Below, piece after piece: positions 63,371 through 64,000 of a stretch of DNA of 64,000 bases. The DNA is from Marsupella aquatica (lineage: Eukaryota; Plantae; Marchantiophyta), in assembly GCA_973895155.1 (NCBI GenBank), contig OZ316893.1:18259836-18323835 (forward strand). The letters run 5' to 3'. Positions within the stretch are counted from its first letter, which is position 1. Each line of letters begins with the position of its first letter. The notes beneath the pieces were generated by a model that was not told where the DNA came from, searched no databases, and saw only the letters and a list, made by a program, of their open reading frames with translations. The position numbers were made by a program, and so were the translations under genes.

Positions 63371-64000
63371 TGTTACGCCCCAAGATCCATTCTTACGCGG
63401 ATTTTGGCTTAGGCTGGCATAAACTTTGTTAGTATTGAGGTTTCGGGCAAGGAGGGATGTGCAAACAGTGTTTTATTCCCATAACCCAATGCTAAGTGCA
63501 CCCAATACTACACTTACACATATCATAGGTATACTTTGTGTTCCGCCGTCGAAACATACCTTAAGTCGATAGCTCAATTGACCTCGGCTTAAGGACTTCT
63601 AAGCCTTTGTGTTGTCTGCCTCCAACCTGGATCCGATGATATGGGTGTCCAACCTGGGCTTGCAACCACTATCTGCAACCAACACCCCGTGCATAGCCGC
63701 ATAATGCATTTTGCCAAACATTTTCTACCCGTATGCGAGATTGACGATTGTGATGGAATTCACAACATACAATCTCGATAATTTACACGAAGGAAATGAT
63801 GAGGAAAAGACTTTACTTTAGAATCCGTCATACACATACACACGGTTGACTCAACTTCTTATGAATGAGCAGGCCCAACGACAGTGAGAGGTACACTACA
63901 ACCGGGACTACAAGGGCTGGCTTTGCACTCACCCAACGAGCTTAGTCGTACACTCACCCCTTGGTGCTCTCTATTCATGAAGGTCGGGACTCTCCGCACA
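63371..64000. mobile_element. LTR-like element terminus running off the window; same family as 17134
   Basis: Starts TGTTAC at the break of another repeat; 63680-64000 is homologous to 17200-17510. Confidence 0.65.

Overview
Eukaryotic, TE-rich plant DNA. The TE mix and intron style suggest a bryophyte, possibly a liverwort (inference). Two apparently intact host genes are present: a 31-exon TPR-protein gene (28326-40549, +) whose N-terminal half is an array of 18 near-identical phase-0 exons, and a 2-exon trihelix/Myb-SANT gene (46481-47975, -). The rest is mostly mobile DNA. It includes a decayed Sola-type DDD transposase region marked by about 16 copies of a private palindrome, a 4.6-kb TG...CA insertion with a 5-bp TSD that looks like a protein-coding solo LTR, and an intron-containing ParB-like + beta-class amino-methyltransferase pseudogene whose region carries about 10 copies of a second private palindrome. 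It also has a copia RT/RNase H fragment, an RTE-X-like LINE with intact ORF2, an L1 3' fragment and several tandem repeats. All calls come from reading motifs by eye; no database search was run.
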